A stretch of 63,732 nt of DNA, counting the filler, from Lenisia limosa (lineage: Eukaryota; Protista; Breviatea), in the NCBI GenBank assembly GCA_001655205.1. It is 10 parts of 10 records of this genome, joined end to end, with 100 filler letters (N's around TTAATTAATTAA, not from the genome) between each part and the next. Parts side by side here need not be neighbours in the genome. Positions count along the whole stretch, not along the records: positions 1 to 5,538 come from LPNZ01009731.1; positions 5,639 to 9,749 come from LPNZ01011005.1; positions 9,850 to 17,652 come from LPNZ01008065.1; 7 more parts are not named here. One strand, 5' to 3'. The position numbers were made by a program, and so were the translations under genes. Below, one piece after another: positions 1 through 12,800 of this stretch. Position 1 is the stretch's first letter; every line of letters begins with the position of its first letter. Under the pieces are notes generated by a model. That model was not told the origin of the DNA, did not search any database, and saw only the letters and a list, made by a program, of their open reading frames with translations.

Positions 1-3000
1 TTATACAGGGACCTCATCATTAACACTAGTCCCCCCAACCTTGTCAACACTCGTTTTCACTTGCCCTTGGAAAGCGGCAATACTCCAGCGGTTCTGGGCC
101 TCAGCTGAAGGCACAGTCACGCCAAATTGGTCCAATACGTCGTACTGAGGGGGGGGGGGAAGTAAAATTGGAAAATTTTGGAAACAAAAAGGCCCAAAAN
201 NNNNNNNNNNNNNNNNNNNNNNNNNNNNNNNNNNNNNNNNNNNNNNNNNNNNNNNNNNNNNNNNNNNNNNNNNNNNNNNNNNNNNNNNNNNNNNNNNNNN
301 NNNNNNNNNNNNNNNNNNNNNNNNNNNNNNNNNNNNNNNNNNNNNNNNNNNNNNNNNNNNNNNNNNNNNNNNNNNNNNNNNNNNNNNNNNNNNTTCTATA
401 CCCACTTTCTCATTATACCTACTTTGTCACTCATGCTCATGATTTGCGATGAGAGGAATTCTATTCTTGAGGGTAATGAGTCCACATAAGTGACCTGAGT
501 CGCCCATTCGTCAGGAGTAGTAGGCACAAACTGTTTGGTTGTTATAATACTACAATATTCATTTTGGGGTTGGGTTATAAGCGGAATTATGAGCAGAAAT
601 GTTGGATAGGGTTATAGCAGAATGATAAATAAAAAGGGATGTGGCTGGCCGAAGCCGTTACCTTCATGTAGCTATATAGGATATGCCTATTATGACCCCC
701 CCCCCTCTCGTTACAATATACATAAAAAACTGGAATTTCCCCCAAAGTTATAATAAACCCATAAATGGCAAAAAAGAAACAAAATAAACAAAAAAAAAAG
801 CCCTCATACCTCAAGTTTATTATAAATGCCCTCAAAAGCCGCCCGAATGGTACGACTCTCTGATGACGCTAAAACAAGTCAAATTAACCAAGTCAGATCA
901 TGAGGCTAAACCAAGTCGAAAGATAGTTCATCATTTCCACCCCCCACCCATATCCCATATGATCTGGACCACTCCATGCGCCAGGCCACTTGCCATATCT
1001 GTTAGTGACCGTTTGAGAGGCGACGAGTCCAGTCTAGAGCGTCAGTAGGGAACTGACAGCACTTATAGCGCAGTTTTGCTGTTCTACATATCAACCCTTA
1101 TGTAGCTGCCCTTATATAGACTAATGGAGCTGAGCTGGTTAGTCCTGTTTACTGAGATGGACTGATAATGTGGAATCCTAATCTGGATACACTATCCACA
1201 ACTCTTGGAATATTGATCCTCAACTCAATAAATTTTGACCCTTACAATCAAAACACTTCAAAACCACTTCAATATGTTCTCAGTTTGTATAGTTATCAAT
1301 ATATCCGAAAAAGACACGTCAAATATCGATATTTTCAAGGATTATAAAAAACTCTGTTTTTTTTTTCAAATCATCAAGAAGGCCAGGGCATACCTAAACA
1401 AGCTGTAGTACACAACAGGAGGGATGATCCTTGCAATTTGCTCAGATACATCGCGATGACGATGTGTACGGGAAACTAGCTCGGATAATGAAGGACGGGC
1501 CGCTGTGAGGCTTTCAATATACTCACCCCTGGTGGCGTTAGAACGTGGTCTTTTTTTTTGATATAATATAACATTGTATTAATATTGTTGACCCCCTCCC
1601 CCTCAGCATAGACTTGGTATGTAGTGTATTATTCATGAACACATCAATGTGGCTTCTTTTGGAAGGTTGGATACAGAGCGTTAAAGTATTAATATGATAT
1701 GTATAATTACAAGACAAACAGCATATTCCTTAACACACCTGTTGAGATGGTGGTCCAGAAGAGCTCTGTAAGGCAGCAAAGATGCCAGGAACCTAATGGT
1801 GTTAACCAAAAAGACTTTCTTGTGTCGAATGATCATACGGCTGACTTGTGAGTCGAAATAATGAACGAAGACACGAGGGTTTATCCCGAGTGTATAATTG
1901 AGACTTGTCGGTCAATTATCATACGAGTGGATATGAGGTATCATATCACTGCGTGGNNNNNNNNNNNNNNNNNNNNNNNNNNNNNNNNNNNNNNNNNNNN
2001 NNNNNNNNNNNNNNNNNNNNNNNNNNNNNNNNNNNNNNNNNNNNNNNNNNNNNNNNNNNNNNNNNNNNNNNNNNNNNNNNNNNNNNNNNNNNNNNNNNNN
2101 NNNNNNNNNNNNNNNNNNNNNNNNNNNNNNNNNNNNNNNNNNNNNNNNNNAAATATCCGTAACGCGGGAATGAGAGCTGGAAAAGGTATGTCTGGCTGAG
2201 TCCGTCCACTCACACACGCTCATCATTCTAAGATGATACAGCGCATATGATATGACATTTCAAGATAATGACCGGGATGAGTTCTGACCGATTTTCTATG
2301 TGAAGAATCGGTGAAGATTTACCTCAGTCACTGTGTAACCATATATTATACTATAACAAATCTCCAAAACCTTAAAGACAAATGCAACAAGCCACCCCAT
2401 TCAGATTGAGCCCAGCCAAACCTTGTCATTCAAGTCGAATGGCTTCAGGCGGAAGTCGTGGTCGGATTCTGAAAGGACATTACAACAGTATAACTGGATC
2501 GACCTAATTTACCCCCCCCCCCNNNNNNNNNNNNNNNNNNNNNNNNNNNNNNNNNNNNNNNNNNNNNNNNNNNNNNNNNNNNNNNNNNNNNNNNNNNNNN
2601 NNNNNNNNNNNNNNNNNNNNNNNNNNNNNNNNNNNNNNNNNNNNNTCGTTCATTGTTTCAATGACCACGTCGATGACGTCACTCGCTTGTGGGTGGTAGA
2701 CCATTTCTGGGGGGTTATATATCTATATTACTATATCATTTAATTTCTGGGGGGTTATATAGTATGTATCATAAGATACAGTAGATAGTATCATATATGA
2801 TATTAAAAAATATATTATCATATGTACATATGTATATATCGATATGTTATTATAGTATATCATATAGCTAGTACATAATATATCGTAGCATATGTATATG
2901 TTTCAAGGTTAATGGGGGTACCCCCCTCCCCACCACTGCGGGCGGTCTCATCAGGGAGTACGACGAGAGAGACGCTGAAGAGGGGTTTGGAGGGTCCTCG

Positions 3001-5538
3001 TAATGTGGCAGGCTGACCGATCATCACCTCCCCTATTTCATGCTGAAACGTTAGAATCTGCTATTTTGTGTAGAAATAGACTTTTTCTAAAAAATCAATC
3101 AAGGCCATCCAAACCATCAGGTTATTAAGGACATTATTTACTTATCCAAAATATTGCCAAATGATGCCCCCACCTCCATATCCTTAGGTCCAGGTTGGGT
3201 TGTGAGGTTGAGTCTTTGGATGGATAGAGAGCGGAGCATAGCGATGTGAACCTGCAACGGTCATATCAGGTTTATGGTGTTTTTTTTTTGAAAAAATCTG
3301 ATTTTTGATATGGCCAATTAATTTTGAATTATATCCTTATACATACACATTATATACTATATTATATACTATATGATATCATATGTCTATGCAGAGAATC
3401 CTCGATATAGGCCATAGTCATAAGACCCACAGCATGTTCGATCATGAGATCTAGGAGAAGATAGAGGCGGCCCTGGTCAAACGGCAACTTCGCAGGAGGC
3501 AAGTCATCCAGAAAGTGGGCTGGAACAGACTATAGGGGTTAAAAGAGAGGGATATATACAGAGATGAGAATTAAAAAAATAAGGTTGGATCTGGCCGAAG
3601 CCGTCCACACCATCACGTTTATAAGAGATAATGGATTATAGTATTATCCCAATCATCTGCCTTACAACTCTGTGTACACAGCTTACTGCGTGCCTCCCCA
3701 ATATATGTTCACAATAATAATAATATATGTATATATCATATATAAAGGAGAGGGATAGCCGGATAAAACCAAAATCACATAATATAATATAATAATTTGG
3801 TATGGCAGAATTGGGACCCCCTCACCTCTCTTTGAACCTTATCCAAGTGGCTGAGAATGGAGGTGATTGTCGAGAGAGCTTTGCGGCTAATGGAAGGAAT
3901 GTGGATAGTTTGAACCTATAATAATGAGAGAAACTTGCTAAATAAATTCAACATACATGTATGATCACCAACTCCCTCCCCCACGCTTTCTATGAATGCA
4001 GTCCTAGCAGCATTATGCAGGGCCTTAAACCGATCGATGCTCACTGCGTCTGTCTGGGCCTCAGGTGACAAGGGGGTCTGGAGGGATCAACGGCGTACTT
4101 AATAGAGGTGTTATAACCCATATATATATTATATGCATATATATAGGTATATATATATCCAGTTTCTATTTCATATATCCAGTTTCTATTTACGATGCCA
4201 TATTACTTTTACTAGGCTTACGGGGGCGGGAGGTAACGAAACAAATCAACACTTTTGGATGAAACGGTTTTTAAATTTCAGTTCAATTATTTTTGAAACA
4301 AAAAAACAAAAAAACAAGGGGGGTGATCCTACCAAAGAAATAGTTTCACATATTTCAGCAGTAAACTGAATGAGTTTCATGAGGGACGGCTGGATCGGCA
4401 GCAGAGATGAAGAAATACTAGGTACGTGAGGGGATGATGGGACTCTTCACAATTCATATGGGCGTTAAACTAGTACAATAGACGACCCATCTTAGCCAAT
4501 ACTATTCCAACACTATCAATCTGTGAATAACAACAATAAGATATCCAGTCCCCCCACGCTGCCCTTGCCTCGGCAAAGCCTGAAAAAGCCTCGAATTTCT
4601 GAGTGCATTTGAAGTCCTCAACTTTGAGAATTGATAGAGGAAAATGCTACAAAATGTGAGGTTGGAATCAATACAATAACTAGGACTTCTCAACGGTCCG
4701 AAAAATACCATTAAAATAACGATATTCTTCGAGGAGTTATCGAGAAATTCAGACTTTTTTAGGATGTGGGGAAGTACTAACAGTAACAGATAACAGAAAA
4801 AAATAACTGTGAAATTAAACGTTTGCTTTATTATTGTTTTAACACAAGAAGCCAAATAAAATATCGTAAACAATGTAAAGAGGTTCAGTTTATTTGCTAT
4901 TTGATTCACGCATCTCTATCTCTATCACAAGCTTCGAATTACTGTACTCTCCTGGCTTCTACTCACTCCCTGTTTGTATTTGTGGCTGCTTTGACTAAAT
5001 TTTCCAGTTTATATTGCAAGTATAGCCTACGCCACGGACCTTTTTCTCAAACTCGGCAGTCATGATTGGGTCACTTTCCAGAGAGTGGACCAAAAGAGCT
5101 TGCTTCTNNNNNNNNNNNNNNNNNNNNNNNNNNNNNNNNNNNNNNNNNNNNNNNNNNNNNNNNNNNNNNNNNNNNNNNNNNNNNNNNNNNNNNNNNNNNN
5201 NNNNNNNNNNNNNNNNNNNNNNNNNNNNNNNNNNNNNNNNNNNNNNNNNNNNNNNNNNNNNNNNNNNNNNNNNNNNNNNNNNNNNNNNNNTATTGGCGGA
5301 TAACACCGAAGGTTAAGAACAACAAAAAACAAAGGTATTGATGATGGTAGCTACGCTTTGTTTTTCCACTAATGGCTACAAATTTATATCCCCGCAAAAT
5401 TGGCTATACCCCCCACCCCCACCCCCCACCTTATGTGGCTCTGCTGAGCTTGGTCAACGAGATCAGATAAATGCTCCTCTCTCACGCCACTCATCCAGCT
5501 GCGCGCCTGCGTACCAAACACCCGGTTGTTCAGACTGT
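1..5538 (-). CDS. DNAH1: Axonemal inner-arm dynein heavy chain (DNAH1-like), N-terminal tail region; multi-exon, partial at both ends
   Basis: Hand-spliced minus-strand exons give ...EEHLSDLVDQAQQSHIR...KPLFSVSLVV...EMVYHPQASDVIDVVIETMN...SLSELVSRTHRHRDVSEQIARIIPPVVYYSLFRLDSSPLKRSLTDMASGLAHGVVQIIWDMASSESRTIRAAFEGIYNKLEFVPTTPDEWATQVTYVDSLPSRIEFLSSQIMSM...YDVLDQFGVTVPSAEAQNRWSIAAFQGQ (last exon seen 61-144). This is collinear with the DNAH1 tail as I recall it (PLFIVDLVL...KPNSIEELAELREWMKGIPERL...YQVMDEFLYNLSSDDFNDKW). Intronic repeat modules are also minus-oriented. Confidence 0.75.
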
Positions 5539-5638
5539 NNNNNNNNNNNNNNNNNNNNNNNNNNNNNNNNNNNNNNNNNNNNTTAATTAATTAANNNNNN
5601 NNNNNNNNNNNNNNNNNNNNNNNNNNNNNNNNNNNNNN
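5539..5638. other. Artificial contig linker (44 N + TTAATTAATTAA + 44 N). Further linker cores at 9794, 17697, 20304, 30110, 39047, 56389, 58617 and 62131
   Basis: An identical palindromic 12-mer with stops in all six frames sits centred in a 100-nt N block nine times. Genes are truncated at these points. Confidence 0.95.
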
Positions 5639-7136
5639 TTTGTGTGAAATTTTACATTCGGTCATTATTTCGTATTTCTATTGGTTTTTATTGATGTCTA
5701 AGTTTTTTGAGGGAAATTATTCAAAAAGTTTATAAAAATATCGGGTTTTATAGGGTTTTATAGGGTTTAGCCGTTCATGCATATATTATATCAATGTGAA
5801 ACAAAAAAACAACCAATAGATTTGATAAATAAGCTGTCATTCCCCCCCCCCCCCCNNNNNNNNNNCGTCAAGACCAATATCGGTAACGCTGTCACCATCC
5901 GTTTTGATGATTTATTTTCACTGAAGGTTATCAAATGGTAATTTAGAAGTGGGCGGAACTTTCGGTTGTTGAGAAATACGTTGCTAGTGAGACCACCAAC
6001 ATCAATGAGGCTTTAAATAGCATGGTGGGTACCAAATAATCATTCAAAGTGAAGAGGGGGGGGGGGGAGNNNNNNNNNNNNNNNNNNNNNNNNNNNNNNN
6101 NNNNNNNNNNNNNNNNNNNNNNNNNNNNNNNNNNNNNNNNNNNNNNNNNNNNNNNNNNNNNNNNNNNNNNNNNNNNNNNNNNNNNNNNNAGATTATTTCT
6201 GTTGTGAACGGTTTCAATCACCTCCACCTCTCCCTTCTTCTTACTGGTTTTTTCTTCTTCCTCCTTCTCCTACGCTTCTTCTTTGCCTCATCAGCTGCCT
6301 TCACCGCCTTCTCCTCCTCAATTTTCTCCTTCCTCTTCCTCCTTTCTTCTAGTCTTCCGTCTCGTTCATTGAATCCGTTCTAGACAGTTCGTTATCCGAG
6401 GTATCAAATGTTCTATTGATCCGAATTCAACCGCCCAATTAAATTCGAAACCCCCACCCCCGTGGGTGATGTTCTGGTGGTTTCCCCGTTCTCTCTCACC
6501 TCCAGATTGGTCTTGTTGAATAATGTTATTTCAAGAAGCATCCTGGAGTCCTACTCTCCTATTCTCTCCTCTCTACCCCCCCCCCTTTTCTCCTGTAAAA
6601 AATGTCATGGATAAAACGAATATAATCCCCCTCTAAATACTATACCTCATTATTATTTTCGCCTATTTTCTTGTAAATTGTTGCTAACGTATTTTTCTCT
6701 ACAGTCCCAATAATTTTTAAAATAGATCAAAATTATGAAAAACCTACACTTAAAAATCATGACATACATATGTATATCCTGGCCCCAACCCCACCCCCAT
6801 GACAGGTATTATATATGTATGAATATTGAGCAACAAAAGGTGACACAAATGTTGAAAGCTGCTTCAAAAGCCAAAAGCATTTCTCTTTTTGAATTGGCAT
6901 TTTACTTTAAAAGAGATCAATTTTTTGATCCAGCCTTCTTCCTTTTTGGGATAACGTGGTGAATCAATTCACTAAATTAATAGAAATTACAGAAATTAAC
7001 CCATTTTGAATGTAAAATTTCAAATTTCAAAAACACAGACTTGGTAACCACACTAGAAGATGTTGGAAACATTTAATAAAAAAAAATAGGTCAAAAAAAC
7101 TCTAAACATGACAAAAAGCAACAACAGAGAATAAAA

Positions 7137-7470
7137 CTAGTACTTCGTAGAGGCAGCTTTGTTTTCAATGACCGCTTGGCTCCCATTGAGAAGAGGGGTT
7201 TTTGAACCTCTTCCTGAGTGATAGTGTCCCAAGCCACAAGTCACCTGAATGCGGTTCCAACCGAAGGTCTCCTTAACTTGCAGGGTTTTCCACTTGCTGA
7301 TGAAGATTTCAATATTTCACCAAATCTACTCAATAGGGTTAAAAAGAAGACTTTTGATGGTGCTCAAGGAGACATTGACCTTATGCTTCTTAAATAAAAC
7401 ACTGTACCAATAAATGAGAGTATTGGCCAGCTAAGGTACCTGCGACTATGTTGTTGACATATTCTTTCTT
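7137..7470 (-). mobile_element. Decayed Tc1/mariner (DD34E-type) transposase, C-terminal relic
   Basis: Minus-strand translation with stops and frameshifts: FKKHKVNV..S(LL)FNPIE*IW*NIEIFISKW...VAWDTITQEEVQK..SM..QAVIENKAASTKY* (TAG at 7137-7139). This matches the Tc1 end consensus SPDLNPIENLW...AWxxI...SMPxRxxAVIxxKGxxTKY. Confidence 0.75.
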
Positions 7471-7739
7471 GACAAACCTACTTAGAGGGTGATGAAGTTT
7501 ATAAATAATGCTGGAATATTAAGCTCGGTTCATTAATGAACTAAACTCTGATGTCAAATCAAGACACTGTTTGAAAATAAATTAGCAAAATTAATCAGGT
7601 CAATCAACATTCACTAAATTCATTAAAAATGGGGATAGTTGGTTATTTAGTGAATGCATTCACCTAATAATCCCCAAAAGGAAACTGGCAATAGAAGAAT
7701 AAAAAAGCTGTATATTGCCATTAGATAGTTTTTTTTTTG

Positions 7740-8460
7740 AAGAAATATGATTGGGCTTTCAAACGGCTTAAAACATTCGTGTCAGAGTTACCAGTTTTGT
7801 CAAAGCTCCGACATCATTTACAATTAACCAGCCACATCAAAACTCCCGGACAGCTTGGGATTGCCATAAAATCATCATACCCCTTTGTATTCGAAAGTAA
7901 TTTCAATTTCATCAAAGTATGAAACGCCTGCTTCACATATTGCCGAGTCAAAACCAAATTAAGCCCAAGGGCCCAAATACTACAAAACCATTATAAAAGG
8001 CCACATTCAAGGAATAAATGGCAACTATCCTGGAAAGTTTACCTTTGTAGAAAGTGCTATTTGAAGCATATTTCGCTCAAAATTCACTATTACATAGTCC
8101 AAGCAAAACCCGGAACCAATTACTCCGAGGGGTGCAAATTTTGTTTCTTAACACTAAAGAGGGTGTGAGATTCAGAAAAAAATATATGGTGAAAAGGTAA
8201 AAGTGGACGGACCCCGAGAGACCAAATTTATGGATTTTTGACATTTGCTCAAATGTGAAAAAAAAAAAAGTTCGGGAACATTAGGATGTCCAATTCTCTT
8301 TGCGTGTCGAAGCAATTTCAAAAAACACTAACATTGGCTACAACTTCAAGCTGTCCGGGAGTTTTGATGTGTCCGGTGAATTTTGAATGATGTCCAGAGC
8401 TTTGAGATCTCACTCTGTTTGAATGTATAAGACCTTTTGGAATTGTAGATCATTTTCTTA
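7740..8460. mobile_element. Internally deleted TIR element (~0.7 kb) with imperfect inverted arms of ~100 bp
   Basis: 7800-7858 caaagctccgacatcatttacaattaaccagccacatcaaaactcccggacagcttg is the near reverse complement of 8346-8405 caagctgtccgggagttttgatgtgtccggtgaattttgaatgatgtccagagctttg. Weaker similarity extends outward. The interior has faint Tc1-like peptide remnants (SGRTPRD; RVEAISKNTNIGY). Confidence 0.65.
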
Positions 8461-9346
8461 CCGTTTATGATGAGTTGAAAAAAGTTTCTGGCTCACCATG
8501 CTATAACTGTTATTGTCTATCATTACTACCTGTAGTTTCCTACGGTCCGGAACAGTCCAGACCGCTCAAAAGAAACAAGTGAAAAAAAAAAAGAGCAAAA
8601 AGAAGGGAAAAGAACAAAAAGAAGGAAAGAAGAATACCTGAAGGAAAAAAATGAACTCATTTGGGCTTGAACCCTTGGTCTCTATCATTCGCAGCCACTG
8701 TGTTCTGGGAACGTTCTAAAGGGTCATTTTTGAACAAACGTTGGTAAAGATTAATTATCAAAAGGAAAAACAAATGGAGGGAATGATATAAATTGTAGTA
8801 TACCTGCTCATTGCTGTCTATCATTCGCAGCCACTGTGTTTCTGGCCATGTGCGAGGACCAGTCCGCAAGGTATGCGATTATGATGCAGCAGGTTGACAT
8901 TGGTGTGTGTTTTTCATAGTGAGGACCCAGATAAATAGTGTATTTTTCGGTCGCTAACGCGACCCCATCCCATTAACACCATATCATATCTATTTTATGC
9001 AGCTAACTACCAGACCTATTACATTCGGATTAAATCTGAAAAGGAGTGATTTCTGTTTGTTCAGAGACAAAAGAAGTTTAGAGTGAACGCATTTTGCCAG
9101 TTCATTTTTTTTTTTTTTTTCTCTTTCCCTTTTTTTATCCCTTTTAAGTCTCTTATTGTGCCATTTATTAATAATGACCACAACAGACGTCTGCCCCTTG
9201 GGTTTAGCGACTTAGAGACCGCTTAACAGAAGAAGTTCGATGAAGCGCTCGTGATTCATTTTACCTCGCAATCTCAAAACAGCAGCCAGTCTTCCCCATC
9301 TCGGCAGTTACAGCAAGGTAAAGAATAGTCTGAGTTGGTATTTTGA

Positions 9347-9559
9347 GTGTTCAGGATTAGAATAACGATTATCTGCACCATCACAAAGATGTGTTACGTT
9401 GGCCAGACCATCAACTCCGCATGGTGTCGGTTCACTCGCACTGCTCAGGCAATGTTAAGTTTTAGCGTTGTTGGCTCGTGTTTGTTATTGCTTGCTCCCC
9501 GGGCTACAATTTGGGGAGGAGAAAACATCGTAACAGTAGTACTTCGAAATAAGCAGTAG
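9347..9559 (+). pseudogene. Degenerate GIY-YIG endonuclease-like fragment (possibly a Penelope-like retroelement relic)
   Basis: IRITIICTITKMCYVGQTINSAWCRFT followed by a frameshift resembles the GIY-YIG pattern YxIxC...YVGQT...RFxxH. No intact RT is recognisable. Confidence 0.35.
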
Positions 9560-9849
9560 AAAACCCCCCATTATTTGCATTTCCATGACGCCCGAAGAAA
9601 TAATGTGCTGAGGTGAAATTTTACCTGCCAAAACTGGCTCGGCAAAGATCTTCTTCGTCAAAGGTCATAAAAATTAACTCTGGCATTCAATTATGTCGAC
9701 TTTTTTGTTTATTTTTGTTTGGAGTTTCAGATTATTCTGTTCGTGATTANNNNNNNNNNNNNNNNNNNNNNNNNNNNNNNNNNNNNNNNNNNNTTAATTA
9801 ATTAANNNNNNNNNNNNNNNNNNNNNNNNNNNNNNNNNNNNNNNNNNNN

Positions 9850-12800
9850 GGGGGGGGGTAAAACGAAGGACATTTCGATGAAGAATATTGGCGTAGAGGT
9901 GGTTTCTTTGGAAAATTTATGAAACAAAATAAAGAAGTTCAAACTCTGTTGGCTGATAACACATGAGTGTTGATAACAACAAAACAAACTAAGCCCAGGC
10001 CGGGGGAGTAAAACTGGAAAATTTATGAAACAAAAAAAGCCCAAAATAAGTAAACCGAAGGTCATTTCGAAGAATTTGTACCGAATAATCTGAAACAAAC
10101 AAAAAACAAATAAACAAAAACACAATAATAGGAGCAGCCAACCCACCTAGAGGACAGGCGCCGCCGAGGCCTTCTGGAGGAGGTACAGTACCGGAATCGT
10201 ACTTCTGCTCACCTGAAAAGGTAAGGTTATTCATTATTGACTATGTTTTATTAGGGCCCCCAAAAAGACCAAATTTATCGAGAAACCAGCGATAAATATT
10301 GATATTTTACCGGTCTTTTTCGGACCGTAGGTAAGCCCTAAATATGTAATACTGATAATATATTGTATTTGTTCGCTTGAATAAGTGGAAATGTACAGTG
10401 ACCAGGATAAGTCTTCACCGATTTGCTCAATGAATTGTTAACCCCCCACCCACCCTTAACAGTGCCCTTGGTGAAGAAGACGGAAGAGCTCTTCTCGTTG
10501 TCGGGAATTGCGNNNNNNNNNNNNNNNNNNNNNNNNNNNNNNNNNNNNNNNNNNNNNNNNNNNNNNNNNNNNNNNNNNNNNNNNNNNNNNNNNNNNNNNN
10601 NNNNNNNNNNNNNNNNNNNNNNNNNNNNNNNNNNNNNNNNNNNNNNNNNNNNNNNNNNNNNNNNNNNNNNCTGAGGGACGGCTTCCCTAAATCCGAGTTA
10701 ATGGACTTGAGAAAAACTGGGCTACTGTATAAGAATACAATATTATCTCAAACACATACACACACACTATGATAAATATCATCACATAATAATCGAACAT
10801 ATCATATGCAAAATATAACTAAGGCTTCACTTCGTTTCGAAAAAAGACTGGATTTCCCCATAAATCTTCGAAAACTATCGATATTTTGACGGTCTTTTTC
10901 GAACCGAAATGAAGCCCTACAATAACCCTATTAAACCTATTAAACCCACATACAACTCCAATCATATAATTCACACTCATATCATCTTGATTATACCAAG
11001 GGCTTCACTTCGGTTTTAAAAAGACTGAATTTCTCGATAAATCCTCGATAAATACCGATATATTATCAGTCTTTTTCGAACCGGAGTGAAGCCCTAGCCC
11101 CCACACAACAAACACGCCCACCCCAACTATTACGTACAATAATAATATATATATAAAAATAATAATAATAATAAAAAAAAAATAACAAACATATAAGCAA
11201 TGAGAAATGAAAAATAAGGATGTATCTGGCCGAAGCTGTCCACACCATCACGCTTANNNNNNNNNNNNNNNNNNNNNNNNNNNNNNNNNNNNNNNNCATA
11301 ATATATTAATAATAATAATAATAATAATATCCCCCTACAGCAGCCACCGGGAAGTCCCGTCTGAGAGCGGCCGTTACGGTTTGCAGAGTTTCGGTGTTCC
11401 AGACTTGGCCGAGGGATGCGGCTATGGGGGTAAAAGAAGGGGGGAGACAAATTGGACAATTTATGAAACGAAAAAGCCCAAAACCAGCTAACACACAAGG
11501 GTTGATAACAACNNNNNNNNNNNNNNNNNNNNNNNNNNNNNNNNNNNNNNNNNNNNNNNNNNNNNNNNNNNNNNNNNNNNNNNNNNNNNNNNNNNNNNNN
11601 NNNNNNNNNNNNNNNNNNNNNNNNNNNNNNNNNNNNNNNNNNNNNNNNNNNNNNNNNNNNNNNNNNNNNNNNNNNNNNNNNNNNNNNNNNNNNNGGAAAA
11701 TTTATGAAACAAAAAAAGAACCCCAAAATCAACCTCTGTTGGCTATTATTCTTCCCAACCTTCAGCATTCTTGGCAAGAGCAGTATAGGGCAGTCCTCCA
11801 GCAAAGCAGAATGTACAATCCGTGACCTTTCGAGGTAAATGAGTGGGTGTGATAGCAACACTAACATCACAAACAACAAACAACAAACAGTCATGCACTG
11901 GAGGATGGCAGACCACACCATCACGGTTACAAATTCGCCCAAATTATTTGCCTTACAACTCCATGCACATTGATTAGATATAGCAATGAGAAACAAAAAA
12001 AAACAAGGTTTTATCTGGCCGAAGCCGTNNNNNNNNNNNNNNNNNNNNNNNNNNNNNNNNNNNNNNNNNNNNNNNNNNNNNNNNNNNNNNNNNNNNNNNN
12101 NNNNNNNNNNNNNNNNNNNNNNNNNNNNNNNNNNNNNNNNNNNNNCCCTCGATTATTCCATGATAATCCACAACAAAACCTCGATTATTCCACGATAATC
12201 CACAATAAAACCTCCGTACCTTGTTGTCGACGTCAAGAGTGACGGAAAGCGCCCCATTGCAGATGGCAATGTCATCATCAACGCGGCGACCCTGCTTGTA
12301 GAACTGAATGGTCGTATTGTCTGGGGGGGGGGGGNNNNNNNNNNNNNNNNNNNNNNNNNNNNNNNNNNNNNNNNNNNNNNNNNNNNNNNNNNNNNNNNNN
12401 NNNNNNNNNNNNNNNNNNNNNNNNNNNNNNNNNNNNNNNNNNNNNNNNNTTATGAAATAAGAAAGGGCAGATCTTAGGTAGGCTTGATCAGATCCCGATA
12501 TTTAGTAGGGCATTTCCCAGGAAACCAAGTTCTACTTAAGTACTGTATATGTGAGGAATTGATGAAGGAAGTTAGACTAGTGAATCGATCGGATATAGCA
12601 AGAAGCTTCCAGCTCAGCACGGAGGCCCTGGTAGTCCAAGGAATGTCAGCTCTATTTTCATAGTGATAATAGACTGAATGGAGTTCCAAAACACCAGTCA
12701 GCGAGATTATGGATCAGATAGAGGGACTTAACGAAGATAGAGGGTTGTTTCGTGTTTCCAAGGTGGTTTACCCCCCCTTTTGGCCTTATTTGGGCGATTC

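Noticed and set aside
1125-1950. Plus-strand exon-like readings (MELSWLVLF..., IDLVCSVLFMNTS..., MNEDTRVYPEC...)
   Set aside because: The minus strand gives a continuous DNAH1-like alignment and the intron modules are minus-oriented. These are antisense shadows.
6190-6400. K/E-rich coding-like tract on the minus strand
   Set aside because: It needs frameshifts, is low complexity and lies between gaps, so it cannot be called.
12146-12218. CRISPR-like 32-bp repeat with an internal palindrome
   Set aside because: The units are directly adjacent with no spacers, there are no cas genes, and the context is a eukaryotic intron.
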